Source: Octopus bimaculoides (Eukaryota). Taken from it: a stretch of DNA of 64,000 nt. The stretch is from positions 37,698,980 through 37,762,979 of the forward strand of contig NC_068984.1 in assembly GCF_001194135.2 (NCBI RefSeq). Reading direction: 5' to 3'. Shown one piece after another: positions 39,296-52,306 of this stretch. How positions within the stretch are numbered: position 1 is the first letter of the stretch; each line of letters begins with the position of its first letter. The notes beneath the pieces are model-generated. The model saw only the letters and a program-made list of their open reading frames with translations, was not told where the DNA came from and made no database searches. The position numbers and the translations under genes are program-made.

Positions 39296-39418
39296 GTAAC
39301 TAGGCGTGGTGTTGTTTATCTTGGTCATATCCCCTATGGATTCTTTGAGAACCAAATGAGAGCGTATTTCAGTCAATTTGGCAAAGTGACTCGCCTTAGA
39401 CTATCACGGAGTAAAAGA
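39296..39418 (+). CDS. NIFK: NIFK exon 2, RRM N-half ([41 protein letters not shown])
   Basis: RNP2 motif GVVYLGHIP and YFSQFGxVTRxRLSRSKR are typical of NIFK/Nop15. Donor gtaagt. The acceptor is AAG, so the 5' edge is less certain. Confidence 0.92.
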
Positions 39419-39926
39419 GTAAGTTTTTTTCCTTCTTGTTTTTTTTTGGGGGGGGGGTTCTTGTTTTTTTTTCATTTGATGGCTACGATTTCAATTCTTT
39501 AAGCAAGGTCCCTTCAATAGGCCTCATATTTTGAAATCAAAGAATAACAAAGTGAAATAAAGACTCCCTTACTGAATCCCATGTCAGTGCAGAGATTAGT
39601 GTGATCTAATCCTTTTCAGTTTAATAAATTGAAAATTCTACCAAGTCTTGCATGTATTCCAAAATTTTTTCTTAAATACATGTAAGACTTTGGTAGAATA
39701 TTAAATTTATTTAACTGAAAGGGATTGCACCAACTTTTGTATTAACATGCATTTCACTAAAAAAATTTATGTCTACATAATTGTACTTTCACTTAAAATA
39801 TACTGGAGTAAATATTAAGAAGTCTGTGTTTGTACTCTCTAGTTTTGAACTTGTAACATACTATAAATTGTAAATTTTATCAGCTTTACTGATTCTGTAG
39901 TTCTTTCTATCAATATAAGTTAATAT

Positions 39927-40150
39927 TAAGGCAGCAAGCTGACAGGGCTATTACTGCGCTGGACAAAATGCTTAGCAGCACTTCATCCATCTTTATGTTC
40001 TGAGTTTAAATGCCACCAAAGTTGACTTTGCCTTTTCATCTTTTTGAGGTCAATAAAATAAGTACTAGTTGATCACTGGGGGTCAATGCAATCAACTTAC
40101 CCCTCCCTCTCCCCAAAATTTGCTAGTGTTGTACCAAAATTTGAAACCAA
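39927..40150 (+). mobile_element. SINE A copy, CpG-decayed (NIFK intron 2)
   Basis: ggcagcaagctg and gttgactttg instead of ggcggcgagctg and gtcgactttg. Confidence 0.75.
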
Positions 40151-40263
40151 TATAAGTTAATGTTAATTTTATGTTGAACATCATAGAGTAAAAGGTGCTT
40201 TCTCCTGAAACTCTCACTTCTACCCTACTAATATTGAATCTAATTTCTCTCAATCAATTAATG

Positions 40264-40296
<33 letters not shown>

Positions 40297-40299
40297 CAG

Positions 40300-40408
40300 A
40301 CAGGAAAATCCAAAGGTTTTGCCTTCATTGAATTCTTGAGTGGAGATGTGGCAAAAATTGTAGCTGAAACAATGAATAACTATTTGTTGTTTGAAAATTT
40401 ACTAAAAT
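40300..40408 (+). CDS. NIFK: NIFK exon 3, RRM RNP1 ([36 protein letters not shown])
   Basis: Poly-T/cag acceptor, donor T|gttagt (phase 1). [13 protein letters not shown] is the NIFK/Nop15 signature. Confidence 0.95.
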
Positions 40409-40840
40409 GTTAGTATCTACTTTACAACAGTCTTTAAAAACATGTTTTATTTTCCTTGCTTTGATTTTGTAGTACTGAAAGTCTGATATTTTAAAATATG
40501 GGAGAAAATCAATAAAACTGGGCTTGAGTGGAGATGCCAAACAAGCTAGTCTCATAATGCCTAGGGCTTTTATATCATGGATTTCAAACTTTGCATTATG
40601 AAATACTTATTTTTATATAAAATTAATATAGAATAATCATTGTCATGGTAGACACAGGCATGGCTGTGTGGTTATTTCCAAATCACATAATTCTGGGTTC
40701 AGTCCCTCTGCATGACACCTTGGGCAAATGTCTTCCACTATAGCCCTAGGGCTATAGTGGAAGACAAAAAAACCTTGCGAGTGGATTTGGTAGACAGAAA
40801 CTGAAAGAAGCCTGTTTTATGTTATATAATATATATTTTT

Positions 40841-41316
40841 TATTAATATTTAGCAGAAGTAACAGTGACTCGAGGTCCGAGAGTTTTGTACATTGGCACT
40901 TATCAAACTGGTTACAGGTCAAAGACTTGAGAGTTTATATAGCTGGTGATAAATGTATTTCCTTATGGATTGTTCTAGATCAAATTTTAAAATAATGTAA
41001 TGTCACATGGATAATTCAAATAGTTTGCCTGTTATATCATTCAGTAAGCAAATATATGGATGAAACCTTGTGCATGTCATCACACACACACTGTTTCTTT
41101 ACTTATTTGTGTATTTGCTTATTGAACAAAATAACAGGCAAACTATGTGAATTATCCACATGACATTACGATTTTAAAATTTAGTCTAAAAAATCCAGAG
41201 GGAACTATATTTATCACCAGCTATATAAGCTCACAGGTCTTCGATCTGTAACTAGTTTGAGTGCCAGCACGCAAAACTCAGATCTTGGCTCACTCTATTT
41301 CTTATTAATATTAATA
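40841..41316. repeat. Inverted repeat pair (40841-40954 / 41209-41316) in NIFK intron 3
   Basis: tattaatatt...ggcact..caaact.gttacag...tatatagctggtgataaat present in both orientations. Confidence 0.75.
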
Positions 41317-41779
41317 AAAATATACATACTCATATTTTGAGTTCTGCTTTTCCTGTTTACATCAACATATATTATATATAGAGAGGGTGGGATGTAAGGT
41401 GGTGACTCCTTGTCTTAGGATAGTTGTAAATGAGTGTCACCAGCATACAACAGTGTCCTCCATTTCCAATCTTTGATGAAAACATGCCTCGCCATACCTT
41501 ACTTGGTGTTTTAAAGTTGAATGCCATCTCCTTCCTTTTCACTGTGGTGGCAGATGTTCTTATAGTACCATCAGAACTAAAGATATTCTGTTACAAAACT
41601 TCTGTGTGTGTCTGTATATATCACCTTTTTTTCTATGTTGGGTTGGTATTTGAAGTGAGAATGAACAGAACCAACAATGTTGTCTCTTTCAACAGCATAA
41701 AGGCCCCATTACAACACATTTTTAGGAAACAGACAGGTGTCATTAATCAAATCCAATCTGTTGTGGCTGGGAGATAACA

Positions 41780-42000
41780 GTTTACTCAAAGCTTCCATCA
41801 CAGTCTCAAGACAGCTCCAGAACCTGGTACATGTGTTCTCACTCTATCTCTGGGAAGTTCTTCAAACAACTCCTCGGCCTTGATGTTGCAAGCAAAACAG
41901 TTGGTATCTTTCTCAACTGTATCCCATACATTGTAATTCATGGTATTACAATGAGGAGGATTAGGAGGCCAAAATTGTAGAAATTCTCCAACAACCACTT
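41780..42000 (-). mobile_element. Tc1/mariner-superfamily (maT-like) transposase C-terminal remnant
   Basis: FWPPNPPHCNTMNYNVWDTVEKDTN, a variant of WPPNSPDCNPLDYxVW. Confidence 0.7.
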
Positions 42001-42139
42001 GTGACTCTTCCTTGCTTTACCTTTTATATCAGAACTTCCATAAGTAAGATGAAGCTAAAATTCATTGTTTAATAAAATTGTAAGTGAATATTCTTCGCTT
42101 ATACTAATGAAATCCTATTTTTCTTTTCAATTCCTCCAG

Positions 42140-42357
42140 GTAGGTTCATTCCACCAGAAGAAGTGAAACTTAATTTATTCAAAGGATGTAACAGAAAATT
42201 CACACTACCAAAATCTCATATTATTTCCAGAGATCGACACAACTCAACTAAATCTACTAAAGTAATTCGATATAAAACAATTCGCTCCCTGAAAAGGCTC
42301 AATAAAAGGGTGGAAAAGCTTAAGGATATAGGTGTTGAATTTGATTCAAGCAACTTG
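42140..42357 (+). CDS. NIFK: NIFK exon 4 (CRFIPPEEVKLNLFKG...KLKDIGVEFDSSNL)
   Basis: Acceptor ttcctccag, phase 1 completes the TGT codon, 72 further codons, donor gtaagt. PPExV..LFK and KLxxxGxxxDF resemble NIFK. Confidence 0.9.
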
Positions 42358-42399
42358 GTAAGTAGCAGGAGCATGATGAACTTGTAGCAACTTTTTTTT

Positions 42400-42655
42400 G
42401 ATTATTTTACGTCTGTTTTCCCATGCCAGCATGGAGGAATGTACTGGACATGCCTGTAAGTAAAATTGTGGCCATCCATACTTGCAGGCATGTCTTCTAC
42501 ATCCCTCTCTCAGCTGGAAGATCCTACTCTTGCAGGCTTGTAGGTGCTGGGGGCCACATAAAAGCACCTAATGCGCTCTGTAAAGTGGTTGACGTTAGGA
42601 AGGGCATCCAATCATAGAAACCACGCCAGCATGGAAAACGGATGTTAAATGGTGA
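42400..42655 (+). mobile_element. SINE with RTE-like tail (also ~46165-46320 -, ~56090-56450 +)
   Basis: gttggcgttaggaagggcatccagc...cggacgttaaatgatgatg tail. Confidence 0.65.
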
Positions 42656-42665
42656 TGGTGATATA

Positions 42666-43539
42666 CAAGGTCTGATCAATAAGTATCTGTACTGTTGCCA
42701 TAGTAATGAAGCTAAGGCACGCAGTGAAGCTGCTTGGCATAGGCTGACATTGAACTCTGCTGTGCATGCAAACTAAGTTTTTACGTTCTAGCTCACTTCT
42801 GCTGTTTACAGCAGTGCTTGGAAGGAAAATGTGTAGTGTGTGATCATCGCATTGACCCATGACAGTGAAAGTTGTCATGGCAATACCTGCTCAGAGGCAT
42901 ATGCAAAGTTGCAGAAAGTGTATGGAGAAGAGTGTATGAGCCACACACAAGTGTCCAAGTGGTTCAGACGTTTCCAAGAAAGCTGGAAAAAATGTCAATA
43001 TTGATGAATGTTCTGGTAAACCTGCAACCAGCAGAACTGAGAAAAACTTCACAGATGTTTGTGCAGCTGTGGTGGGGAAACTGTCGAATCACCATCTGTG
43101 AATTATGAATGGTTGTGCAGATTAGTTCAGTTTGGTCCATTGTCGCTGAAGATTTGGGTAGGAGACACGTGTCTGCCAAGTTTGTTCCAAAACTGCTTTC
43201 AGCTAACCAAAAAAACACTTGGGTTTCAGTTGCACAAGATCTCCCTGATTGTGCCAAGAACGATGGAAACTTTTTGAAAACTTTGCGTAGGCCTCTGAGC
43301 AGGTATTGCCAAGATTTTGGCAAAATTTGATGCAGATTCTCTGTCATGGTCAATACAACAATCACACGCTACATGCCTTCCTTCCAAGAACTGCTGTAAA
43401 CAGTGGAAGTGAGCTAGAACGTTAAAACTTAGCACACATGCACAGCAAAGTTCAAGGCCAATTTGTCATGTGGCTTCATTCTGCATGCTTTAGCTTCATT
43501 ACTATGGCAACAGTCCAGATACTTATTAATCAGACTTCA
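42666..43539 (+). mobile_element. Complete 874-bp non-autonomous mariner with ~250-bp inverted arms (NIFK intron 4)
   Basis: TA flanks at 42664-65 and 43540-41; arms 42666-42910 and 43279-43539; core encodes a decayed transposase HTH region. Confidence 0.9.
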
Positions 43540-44518
43540 TATATATACACATACATACATGAGACATTGTTTTACAGCTGGATATCCTTCTTCTCATAAG
43601 CCTGACCTGTATTTTCAAGTAAGGGAGTTTTTCTGCTACTTGCCATCTAAAGTGCAGAATTACTAGATGGTTTACTGACAGGGAAATGTCAGTACTTTTA
43701 GCTCAGCTTCATGCAGTATGTAAAAATTAATATAGCCGTATGCACTGTATGTGTGTATATATACACACATGTGGGGATGATTGTGTGGTTAAGTTTGTTT
43801 TGAAACCAATGTGATTGAAGGCTATATCCTCTGTATGGACATTATTGGCAAGTGGCCTGTACCATAATGCTGTGAGTCAACTAATACTACGTGAGTGAAA
43901 TTGATGAACAGAAACTGAAGAAGCAAGTCGTTTTTGTGAGTTCATATTCGTTCACTGTCTGTAAACAACCTTGGTATCATTTGCTTGCAATTTCCCATTG
44001 AAGCATGTCCAGATTACTTGATATATTATGTGAATCTTTGATCTTCGTAAACAAAAGTCTTGTTTGAATGGTGGTGTTTTCGATTCTCCACATAACCATC
44101 TCTGGGCTTTTCATTGTTCTTAGACTTGAGGGTTATTACCGTAACTATAAAAGAAAAGACTTGCCCAAGGTACTGTGTAGGACTGAACTTGAAACCATAT
44201 GGTTTGAAAGCAAGCTTCTTAACCACAAGACTATGCCTGCAAGCATTGTGCTTGTGTTACTGAGATAAGCTAAATTAATATTGGACATCCAAACAACTCT
44301 TTCTCCTCATTTGTCAGTCTGATTCTTAATTTATTGACACCTGCAGGTGATGTATAAGCAATATAAAAGGTAATTAAAAAAACCCTAATCAGAAGACGAG
44401 CCACATAACTAGTTTCTAAATTCATAACAAAGTGTCTCAATTCTGATGCCTAACTCCGCAAACAAATCAACTCCTTACCCATTGTGAACAAAAATATCTC
44501 TAATATTTGCAGTGGAGA

Positions 44519-44700
44519 AGGCAGCAAGTTGACATAATCATTAGAACACCAAGCAAAATGCTTGGCAGCATGTCATCCATTTTTACATTCTGAGTTCAAA
44601 TTCCATTGTGGTTGACTTTGCCTTTCATCTTTTCAGGGTTGATAAAATAACAGTTGAGCACTGGGGTCAGTGTAATCAACTTACCTCTTTGTCAAATTCA
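44519..44700 (+). mobile_element. SINE A copy, CpG-decayed
   Basis: Core gttgactttgcctttcatc..gataaaata. Confidence 0.7.
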
Positions 44701-45081
44701 GAAGCATATCAGTTTAACTGTGTTTTATCACAAATATTGCATTGTGCTGCTTCAAATATTGCTGGTTGCACATTTTAAAGTGATTATTTTTATATGTATA
44801 TATAATCTTATTTTCCATACTTATGTCACTGAAACCTAGGGCTTAGGCTGCATGTAGTTTGACTCCTTCCCTCATCCAACCAAGACATAAAAGACAAAAA
44901 CAAAGCTACTTTGATTTAAACTCAGGATGTTAAGCAAAAATATTTACTGTATTCAATCCATTGTTTCTGGTTAACTCAAACAGACAAGAGTTTGAAATAG
45001 TCGAAAAATAAGTCAGGATTTGGAGCATTTTCAATAATGGATAGAATATTTCTTTTAACTTTTTTCTTTTTATTTTTTCAG

Positions 45082-45417
45082 GAAAAATCAATCAAGGCCA
45101 GATTAGATAAGCAGCTATCTGTAGCTAAAAAAGAAACTGATGACAGTTCAGAGATGAAGAAAGATGAGTCCATACTTTCTGCAGGTGATACCAGTCATTT
45201 GACTAATGAAACTGACTCCAAAACTGGTGGCAGCATATTATTACTGGAAGATGACATCAGTGATGATGAGATACAGATAAAAACGCCACCAAACTGTGTC
45301 AAACGCTCAAAGCTAAACCAGCTTTCCAAAAAAGAACTCAGGAAGGTTAAGACCATAAAAACAGCCAAAGCACCCAGCTATAGATTATTCCCAAAACCAA
45401 AAAAGGTTAAAGAATAA
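45082..45417 (+). CDS. NIFK: NIFK terminal exon 5a (EKSIKAR...EDDISDDEIQIKTPP...PKPKKVKE*); full protein 298 aa
   Basis: Strong tttcag acceptor, phase 0, 111 codons plus TAA, AATAAA at 45433-45438. The acidic DDEI motif resembles the NIFK C-terminus. Confidence 0.88.
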   Translation, partial: EKSIKARLDKQLSVAKKETDDSSEMKKDESILSAGDTSHLTNETDSKTGGSILLLEDDISDDEIQIKTPPNCVKRSKLNQLSKKELRKVKTIKTAKAPSYRLFPKPKKVKE

Positions 45418-45432
45418 TTATGAAAGTTTTAC

Positions 45433-45438
45433 AATAAA
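45433..45438 (+). terminator. Poly(A) signal for exon 5a
   Basis: AATAAA 16 nt after the stop codon, followed by U-rich sequence. Confidence 0.55.
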
Positions 45439-47539
45439 AATTTTAAAACTAATTTCTTCTCTTTAACTTTTTTAACAACTTTTTTTGTAAAATTGTCCAA
45501 GTCAAACTACTATAGAAAAACTTGGGCAATTTTACAAATCTCAAAATTTATTGGGTCATAATAATGTGCTGAAATGGCTTTTATTTGTTTAAATGAACCT
45601 CTGGTATGACGATTGCTGTTAAGCTGATATTTTAAGGGATTTTGTTGAATTTTTAAATTTTAACTAGGGGGCATTGCAGTCTCTGGGGTTCTTCAATTAT
45701 ACTATTTTTTTGGTTTTCTGAAAGTGAATTTGACTATTTGAGTTTACTCATTTTATTGAAGGGTTTTTTTTTTTTTATATGGATAGTTGTAGACAGTGTC
45801 CATAGTTCATCTAGACATTCCCAACTGGTGAGTTGTAATGGGGTTGATATTCAGCTTGAACTTCTAGTGGATATCTATAGTGAAAACATAGTGGAAGCTT
45901 CAGTGGGATACACCTTTGGAAAGAAGAGATTCAGTATAGAGAAGAGTGAGCTCCATGAGGAGTTGCAAGAGGCAGAGAGTGCTTGATTGGCTAGGTTGTA
46001 AGCAGGATTCGTAGCTGCAGTAGGAGGGAGGAAACTAAGCACATTGATAGGCTTGTAGTTGTAGCTTGTTAGCAAAGAACTGCTGAACAGGAAGGCTTTC
46101 TTTTTACTTGAACCTAGAATCTAGTAGCAGCTACACTGTTCTTGATATGTGGAGTATAGCAGTCATCATCATCATCATTTAACATCTGTTGTCTATGCCA
46201 GCATGGGTTGGATGGTTTGACCAGGGCTGCACCAGACTCCCAGTCTGATTTGGCATGGTTTCTATGACCTTCCTAATGCCAACCACTCCAAGAGTGTAAT
46301 TGGTGCTTTTATGTGCCAATTGTGTGACACCAGTATCTCCCACAACTACGATTTCACTTGGCTTGAAATTATTTTTTTATGGTTCTAGTAGTCAGTGTTG
46401 GAATAGCAATGCCTACACCCTTTTGTATAGAATGGAGGAAGAAACCAAGACTTGCATCAGAGTAAATTTCATTGAAGGTGCCAAAAGACCAGGTAATACT
46501 GTTAAATTGCATTAGTGTCCCATCTAAGTACAATGGACAAAGTTCTTATCTCTTCAATCTCACCTGTAAGGTTGTGGTATACTATTTCTTGTCATGATGC
46601 TCTTCAGTGTTGTTGAACTCAGGACCATGTGATTGAGAAACAAATTTCATAACCACAGGGTCATGTCTGGCCATTGCCTTCAAAGAGGTAACTTTACATT
46701 TGTAATGCAATTTTGGTAATGTTATGCTTATAGTTGCCAGAAAAATTCATCAGAGACTGTGAGGTCAAGCATCCCTAACTGTCCAAACTTTTGACTCTTC
46801 AAACTGTATTTTAAGAAAATAGTGTAATTTAACAGAAAGTTGGGTTAGAACAACAATTCATAATTAGTATAGCTTACTGAGCTACTATGTATAAAACACT
46901 TTCTTTCAAGCAGTCTAGAAGCTGTTCATTTTATATGTCTCTTAGCTGTACAACAAGCTCCTATATATGGATTTTATGTCAAGAAATATCATTAGTTGAT
47001 CTGTTTAATGGCAGTGAAACCTTAACTTAGCACATATCCTTATGATTCTTTTATAAATTTTAGATGTTTTCATGCTGTTGGAGTATATATCTTCTCAGAT
47101 GGATCTACTTTCTACAAACCAAAGTTCAACCATGAAATAAGATCATAACTTGACACACTTGTTTTTGAGCAAGTAGGATCTCAAATCATTTTATTTACTC
47201 TCACTGATTAACCAAATTATATCTTTCTTACTTAACATTTCTAACTTGCCTTCATTACACATTACAGCTCTATATAATTATATATATATATGAAAGAGTG
47301 TGTGTTTGAGTTAAATTTGACAATTTAATTTTTTAAGGTTGATGTATTGGAGAACATAATGATTAAAGTTACAGTTGAGAAAAAGTTAACTGAATGGGAA
47401 ACTAGAAGCCATCTGAATATTGGAAAAGAATTCCCTGTATCATGATGATTCTTACCAGGTATCATGATATCAACATCATTGCTAGTTAATGCTCTGTGAA
47501 CACTGTAAAATGTGACAGGGAAAGCTGTAGCCAGCAGGT

Positions 47540-47960
47540 GTTCTGACTCCACACAGCCTTAGGCTCAATTCAGATGGCATGTTAAGCTACTGGAGACTAG
47601 TCAATCCCTGGTTGTAGAGGATTGTTGATGGAAGGACATATGTGTGACAGCAGGTTTCAGCTCTTTGCCATACCTCTAGAAAGAATCAGAAGTGATTATC
47701 AGAGAATTTCTGACCTAATTCCCCCAATTGTAATCTCATGGATTACAATGTGTGGGGCACAGTTAAGAAAGACCTTCTGCTCTGCCTGAAATTCCAAGGC
47801 CGAGATCGAGGAGGCTTTCAGAGGTCTTCTCAAGGATGCAGTGAGGAATGCATTCACCAGATTCCAGAGTTATCTTGAGGCGCTGATGGTGGCAACTTTG
47901 AGTTAACTGTTATCTCCCAACCATAATCTAGTAATTCTTTTTGATTCCTTAAAATACTTT
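47540..47960 (+). mobile_element. maT-like Tc1/mariner transposase 3' remnant
   Basis: PWL.RIVDGRTYV*QQ.SA..HTS...PNSPNCNLMDYNVWGTV...FQSYLEA..GGNFE. Confidence 0.7.
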
Positions 47961-50900
47961 TACTTTTGGATGGGATATTATATTTTCTTTTCCTTTTATG
48001 CATACTGTCAAATTTACCCAAAACAGCTTGTACATGTGTGTGATTTCATTCTCACAAATAAGGAAAAGCCTGTTGACAAGTATTTCAAATTCTAAGATTT
48101 TTGAGTAACATTTGTGATTTTTTCCTATTGAGGAATGAAATATTAACAACTTTTGAAATTATATCTAACCTACTTTTTAAATACTGTTTTCTTCAGTTTC
48201 ATTCTAATACACTAATTGACTTGATAAGAAAAGTTTATTGTCACTATAAATATTTCTGTACCTGAAATGAAAGATGTGCCTCATCTATTTAATGTTGGAA
48301 AAAAAAAATACTTAGTGGTCTGTGAATGTACAACAGAAGAATACTACTAATGCTCCTGCATTTTATACAGTGCACCAAACATACACATCTGTGATCATAT
48401 CCATGTTACTTTGATATCTTGCAGTATTGTGTTTCATTTGAGAGGGATACTAGCTCGATACTGTGTCTTCTTCCTTGAAAAAAGATACGTCTACTCATAG
48501 TAACCATGCACACTTTGAACAGACCTCTGATCAAATGTATTTCAGCTGTAGTCATGTTGTGATTTCAATTCAAAACATAAAGGGACATAACTGGATACTT
48601 CAAAATATTTTGATCAACTGATGTACTAACTCTTTTTTCCACCTTTATCAGGGCAGACAATAGGTATTTTTGTTAGAGAATGGTTTATAAGTGATATAGT
48701 CAACCCAAGTAGCTTACTATTCATTTTGTTTGTTTTATTTTTGACACTAGTCTCGCATTATCATTCTAAAATTACTTTTAGCCCCAAATTAATGAAGCAT
48801 TAACTTTAGCCATGTAAAAAGTATTTGTTTTTGGTCTTTACTATCAATGCCACCATCACTATTACATCACTTATTACCAGTAAAAGCAATTATATATCTC
48901 TAATGTCACAAAGTTATCTTTTTCTAATTTGGTAGTCTGTAAGTACTTCTCATCAGACAACTGAAGGCTTCATTTCAGTCTTGTAAAATATGTTGTTCAG
49001 TAACTTCTTGTTCTTGTATATCGCTTCCGAATGATCCCTCACAGCTGAAAACTTTAGTGAAAGTAATAACATTGCACTTGACATCAGGAAAACTTACCAT
49101 GTCTGACATGTGAATCTTCTAGCTAAGATGTCTGGCTAGATTCTTCATATCTCCTACGTCTTGGATTGGAAGAATCTATAAGCCGAGATATTGTGTACAT
49201 CCTTCAATTAGGACATAACAATGTAATCTCTTTCAACAGTATAATGGTCCCATTACAGCACACTTTTAGGAAACATGTGGTACCATTAATGGAATCCACT
49301 CTGTTGTAAGCATTCAGAGCAGGTCTGTGAATAACCCAGGAGTGATGGTTCTTTCTCCTTCCTACATCAGTTTCAGAGGACATGCAGAAATGATTATGCA
49401 TACAGTCTCTCTTCCTCTAAGCCACAAACATATCTATAAGTGGTCTTGTGTCTAGAATGCCTTACAGGACTGGTTCTAAGTTCAAATCCTGACAAAGTCA
49501 ACTTTGCTTTTCAAACTTTCAGCAGTCCAGAGTAGTGAGTTGGCAATGGGCAGGATGTCTTACAGCATCTATTTTCGCTCTGTTCATTCTGAGTTCAAAT
49601 ACCAACCCAACATAGAAAAAGGTGATATCACTGCCAAGGATTGGAATCCACAGATAGTAAGATTGTGTCAGCAATTTTAAAAGTCAATGGAAAATTAGTT
49701 TCCTTAAATCAACAGCCACCACATGTGTATGTATAGATGAAATGGAAGGGAACAGAACTCAACTCATGATCAAGTAAGACCACTTCCTTAACTTGGAATG
49801 TTCATGCAAATGTTCTAAAAACTCACGGAGTTCCTGTGTGTAAATTTGCTTTGAACGGATGAAGTGTTTCACAGCTCTGAACCCACTTTTCAGTGCAATT
49901 AGCTATAACATTAATGGTACAACAGAGGCTGAGATGGCCAGAAACTAACTGCACTTCAGGTTTTATATATATATATATATATATATACACCCACACACAT
50001 AAGCATGTGAGCGCATAAGTTCAAGACAAGGTGGAAAAAATAGCACTCAAATAGCAGAGATATAGTAAAATAATATTTGAATGAAGCTGGAAAGACTTTA
50101 CAAATTGTTACTCAGTGTTTCAGCAAGAAACTGAACACTCATAATACATCATCTTAAATGGGAGATTCCTCATCATCATCATATGTGTGTGTGTGTGTGT
50201 GTTTGTTATCACTTATTAAAACTATATCTCAAAGATTTGACTTGTTATTTGGAGCTAGGAAATTCTTTAGCTCTGATCTGTTGCAAACAGTACCAAGGTA
50301 CAAGACCCACATTTGAGTCCTACTCACATCAAAGGGATTGTACTGTTGCTGATATATGCACAATCTAGATTGTATCCAAACAAAGGCTGTTGTGCAGCAC
50401 AATTCTACCACTTTCTCACAGACAAGCCATTTCTTTATTCTCTTTTGACAATGCACCTTTGCCCCTCATAACAGCATGAGATGTTTTGGTGCTGCCTGTT
50501 AGACATCACTGATTGAACACTAACTTATTTGACATCAGACAATTTAATGTCTGTCTCTCACCCTCTATCTATCTCTTTATGTATGTAAACATATTTCTCT
50601 GTCTATGTATATGAGGATAGGGAAAGTGTTAATGTCATTTATGTTCAATTAATAATGTAATACAATGTCTTTTTTCACTCTATCTATATATGTAAGTTTC
50701 TGCATGCACATATGTGTGTGTTTGCCTTGAGAGCCAAAAAGAAATGTTACCCAAATCAGGCTAAATGTCCAGTCAGCCATGCCAAATAATCAGCATTGAA
50801 ACAGCTGCACCGAATTGTCTCATTCCATTCAGAACACTGTTCACCACAAATTAGTTTGTTCCCAGACTTGTTTGTCACTTTTGCTATCCCTCATCGCCTT

Positions 50901-51469
50901 CCAGACTCTGCACTTCAAACACTAGAACTAAAACCCTCAAGAATTCTTTCCCTGCTTACATTGTTTCCTAGACACTAACCGACAAGTGTTAAAACTGAAT
51001 GTTAACAACAGCAATGTCACAAGTCCCAGGGAGACTTCAAAGTACATGGGTACTAATTCCACTTCTCTTCTGTTTTGTACAAAAGAAAATATAACCGTTT
51101 TCTAAAAGAATAGTTTTCTACATTTACAATTAGACTGACCAATATTTTGTAATTTCTGTTTTCCATTATCTCCGTTTTATGGGAGGCTTCTTTCTTTTTT
51201 AAAAATATACATTCCTTTTTGAATGGTCCCATCTCTGTTGTTAGGTGTTATATTTATTTTGTTTTATGTACTTCTTGTTTAGCCACAGGCCAGCTGAGAT
51301 CCAGTAAAAACCTATGGAGGGGAGATTAGTCAATATAGTACCTGACTACACATAAAGATGAGTTAGCAATGACTGCTCAGTCAGTGATCTGGAGATAAAT
51401 AACAACTGCCTTCAACACTATATAGCACTAGAAAATAACATTGATAACTAGCTAGCTACTTTAAACTCT

Positions 51470-51640
51470 CTCTCTCTCTCTCTCTCTCGCTCACACACAC
51501 TTCTCTTCTCCCCTCCTCTCTCTCTCTCTCTCTCGCTCACACACACTTCNNNNNNNNNNACACACACTTCTCTTCTCCCCTCCTCTCTCTCTCTCTCTCT
51601 CGCTCACACACACTTCTCTTCTCCCCTCCTCTCTCTCTCT
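51470..51640. repeat. (CT)n/(CA)n compound tandem repeat, ~50-bp unit x3, around a 10-N gap
   Basis: ctctctcgctcacacacacttctcttctcccctc repeated. Confidence 0.8.
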
Positions 51641-51864
51641 CAACAAACTTTCCTTTTTCTTCTATTAAATATCATTTTTTTGATCCACAGCTTTCCTATA
51701 GCTCAATTTTGATTTTATTTTAGTTTTTACTATTAAATCAAAGAGAGTCAACATGAATAAAATCAAGAGCAATTTAGAAAAGATAAGATCATAAAAACAG
51801 CCTAAAATCTCAGTGGGAAAAATTTAAAGAATAATTTTGAAAATTTGTAATAAAAATAGTTTAA

Positions 51865-52078
51865 CCCTTTCGTTACTGTATTTATTTTGGGATGCTCTGT
51901 GTTTCTTTCAATTACTTTAAATATAACAAAGAATTTCGTAAAATAGCTTAATTATCATTCAGCTAGTGTTAGGAACATAAATTGTGACAAAGGTTTGGTG
52001 GAAGATTTTAATTCAAAACTTATGAAAACAAGACATTTGTACTCAGAGCCAGTTTCAGTCGGGTTGGTAACAAAAGGG
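51865..52078. mobile_element. piggyBac-type MITE (related copies ~55935-56480, interrupted by a SINE, and ~59548-59770)
   Basis: TTAA flanks; TIR ccctttcgttac / gtaacaaaaggg. Confidence 0.75.
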
Positions 52079-52306
52079 TTAACTTAATAAAAAAAATGTA
52101 ATTTCTTCACTTCAGTATTATTTAGTACTTGGTTGTTTGTCTTTTACAATATTAAGACATGGTAAGTTGGATGGTTTCAAGATTTCTTAAGTTATCAAAA
52201 ATATCTTTTGGTTTCTAATTTGCAAGCTACCAACAAGCATGCCAACGTGCATTTTTTTTTTTTTTACTAACTCTGGGTCTTTTTTTTTTTTTTTACATTT
52301 CTTCAG

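Noticed and set aside
45738-46150. GC-richer segment with ORFs on both strands, possibly a LINE remnant
   Set aside because: No motif I could match.
45418-52306. A complete NIFK paralog supplying exon 5b
   Set aside because: No RRM exon copies seen by eye; only a 10-N gap is hidden here. Not excluded computationally.
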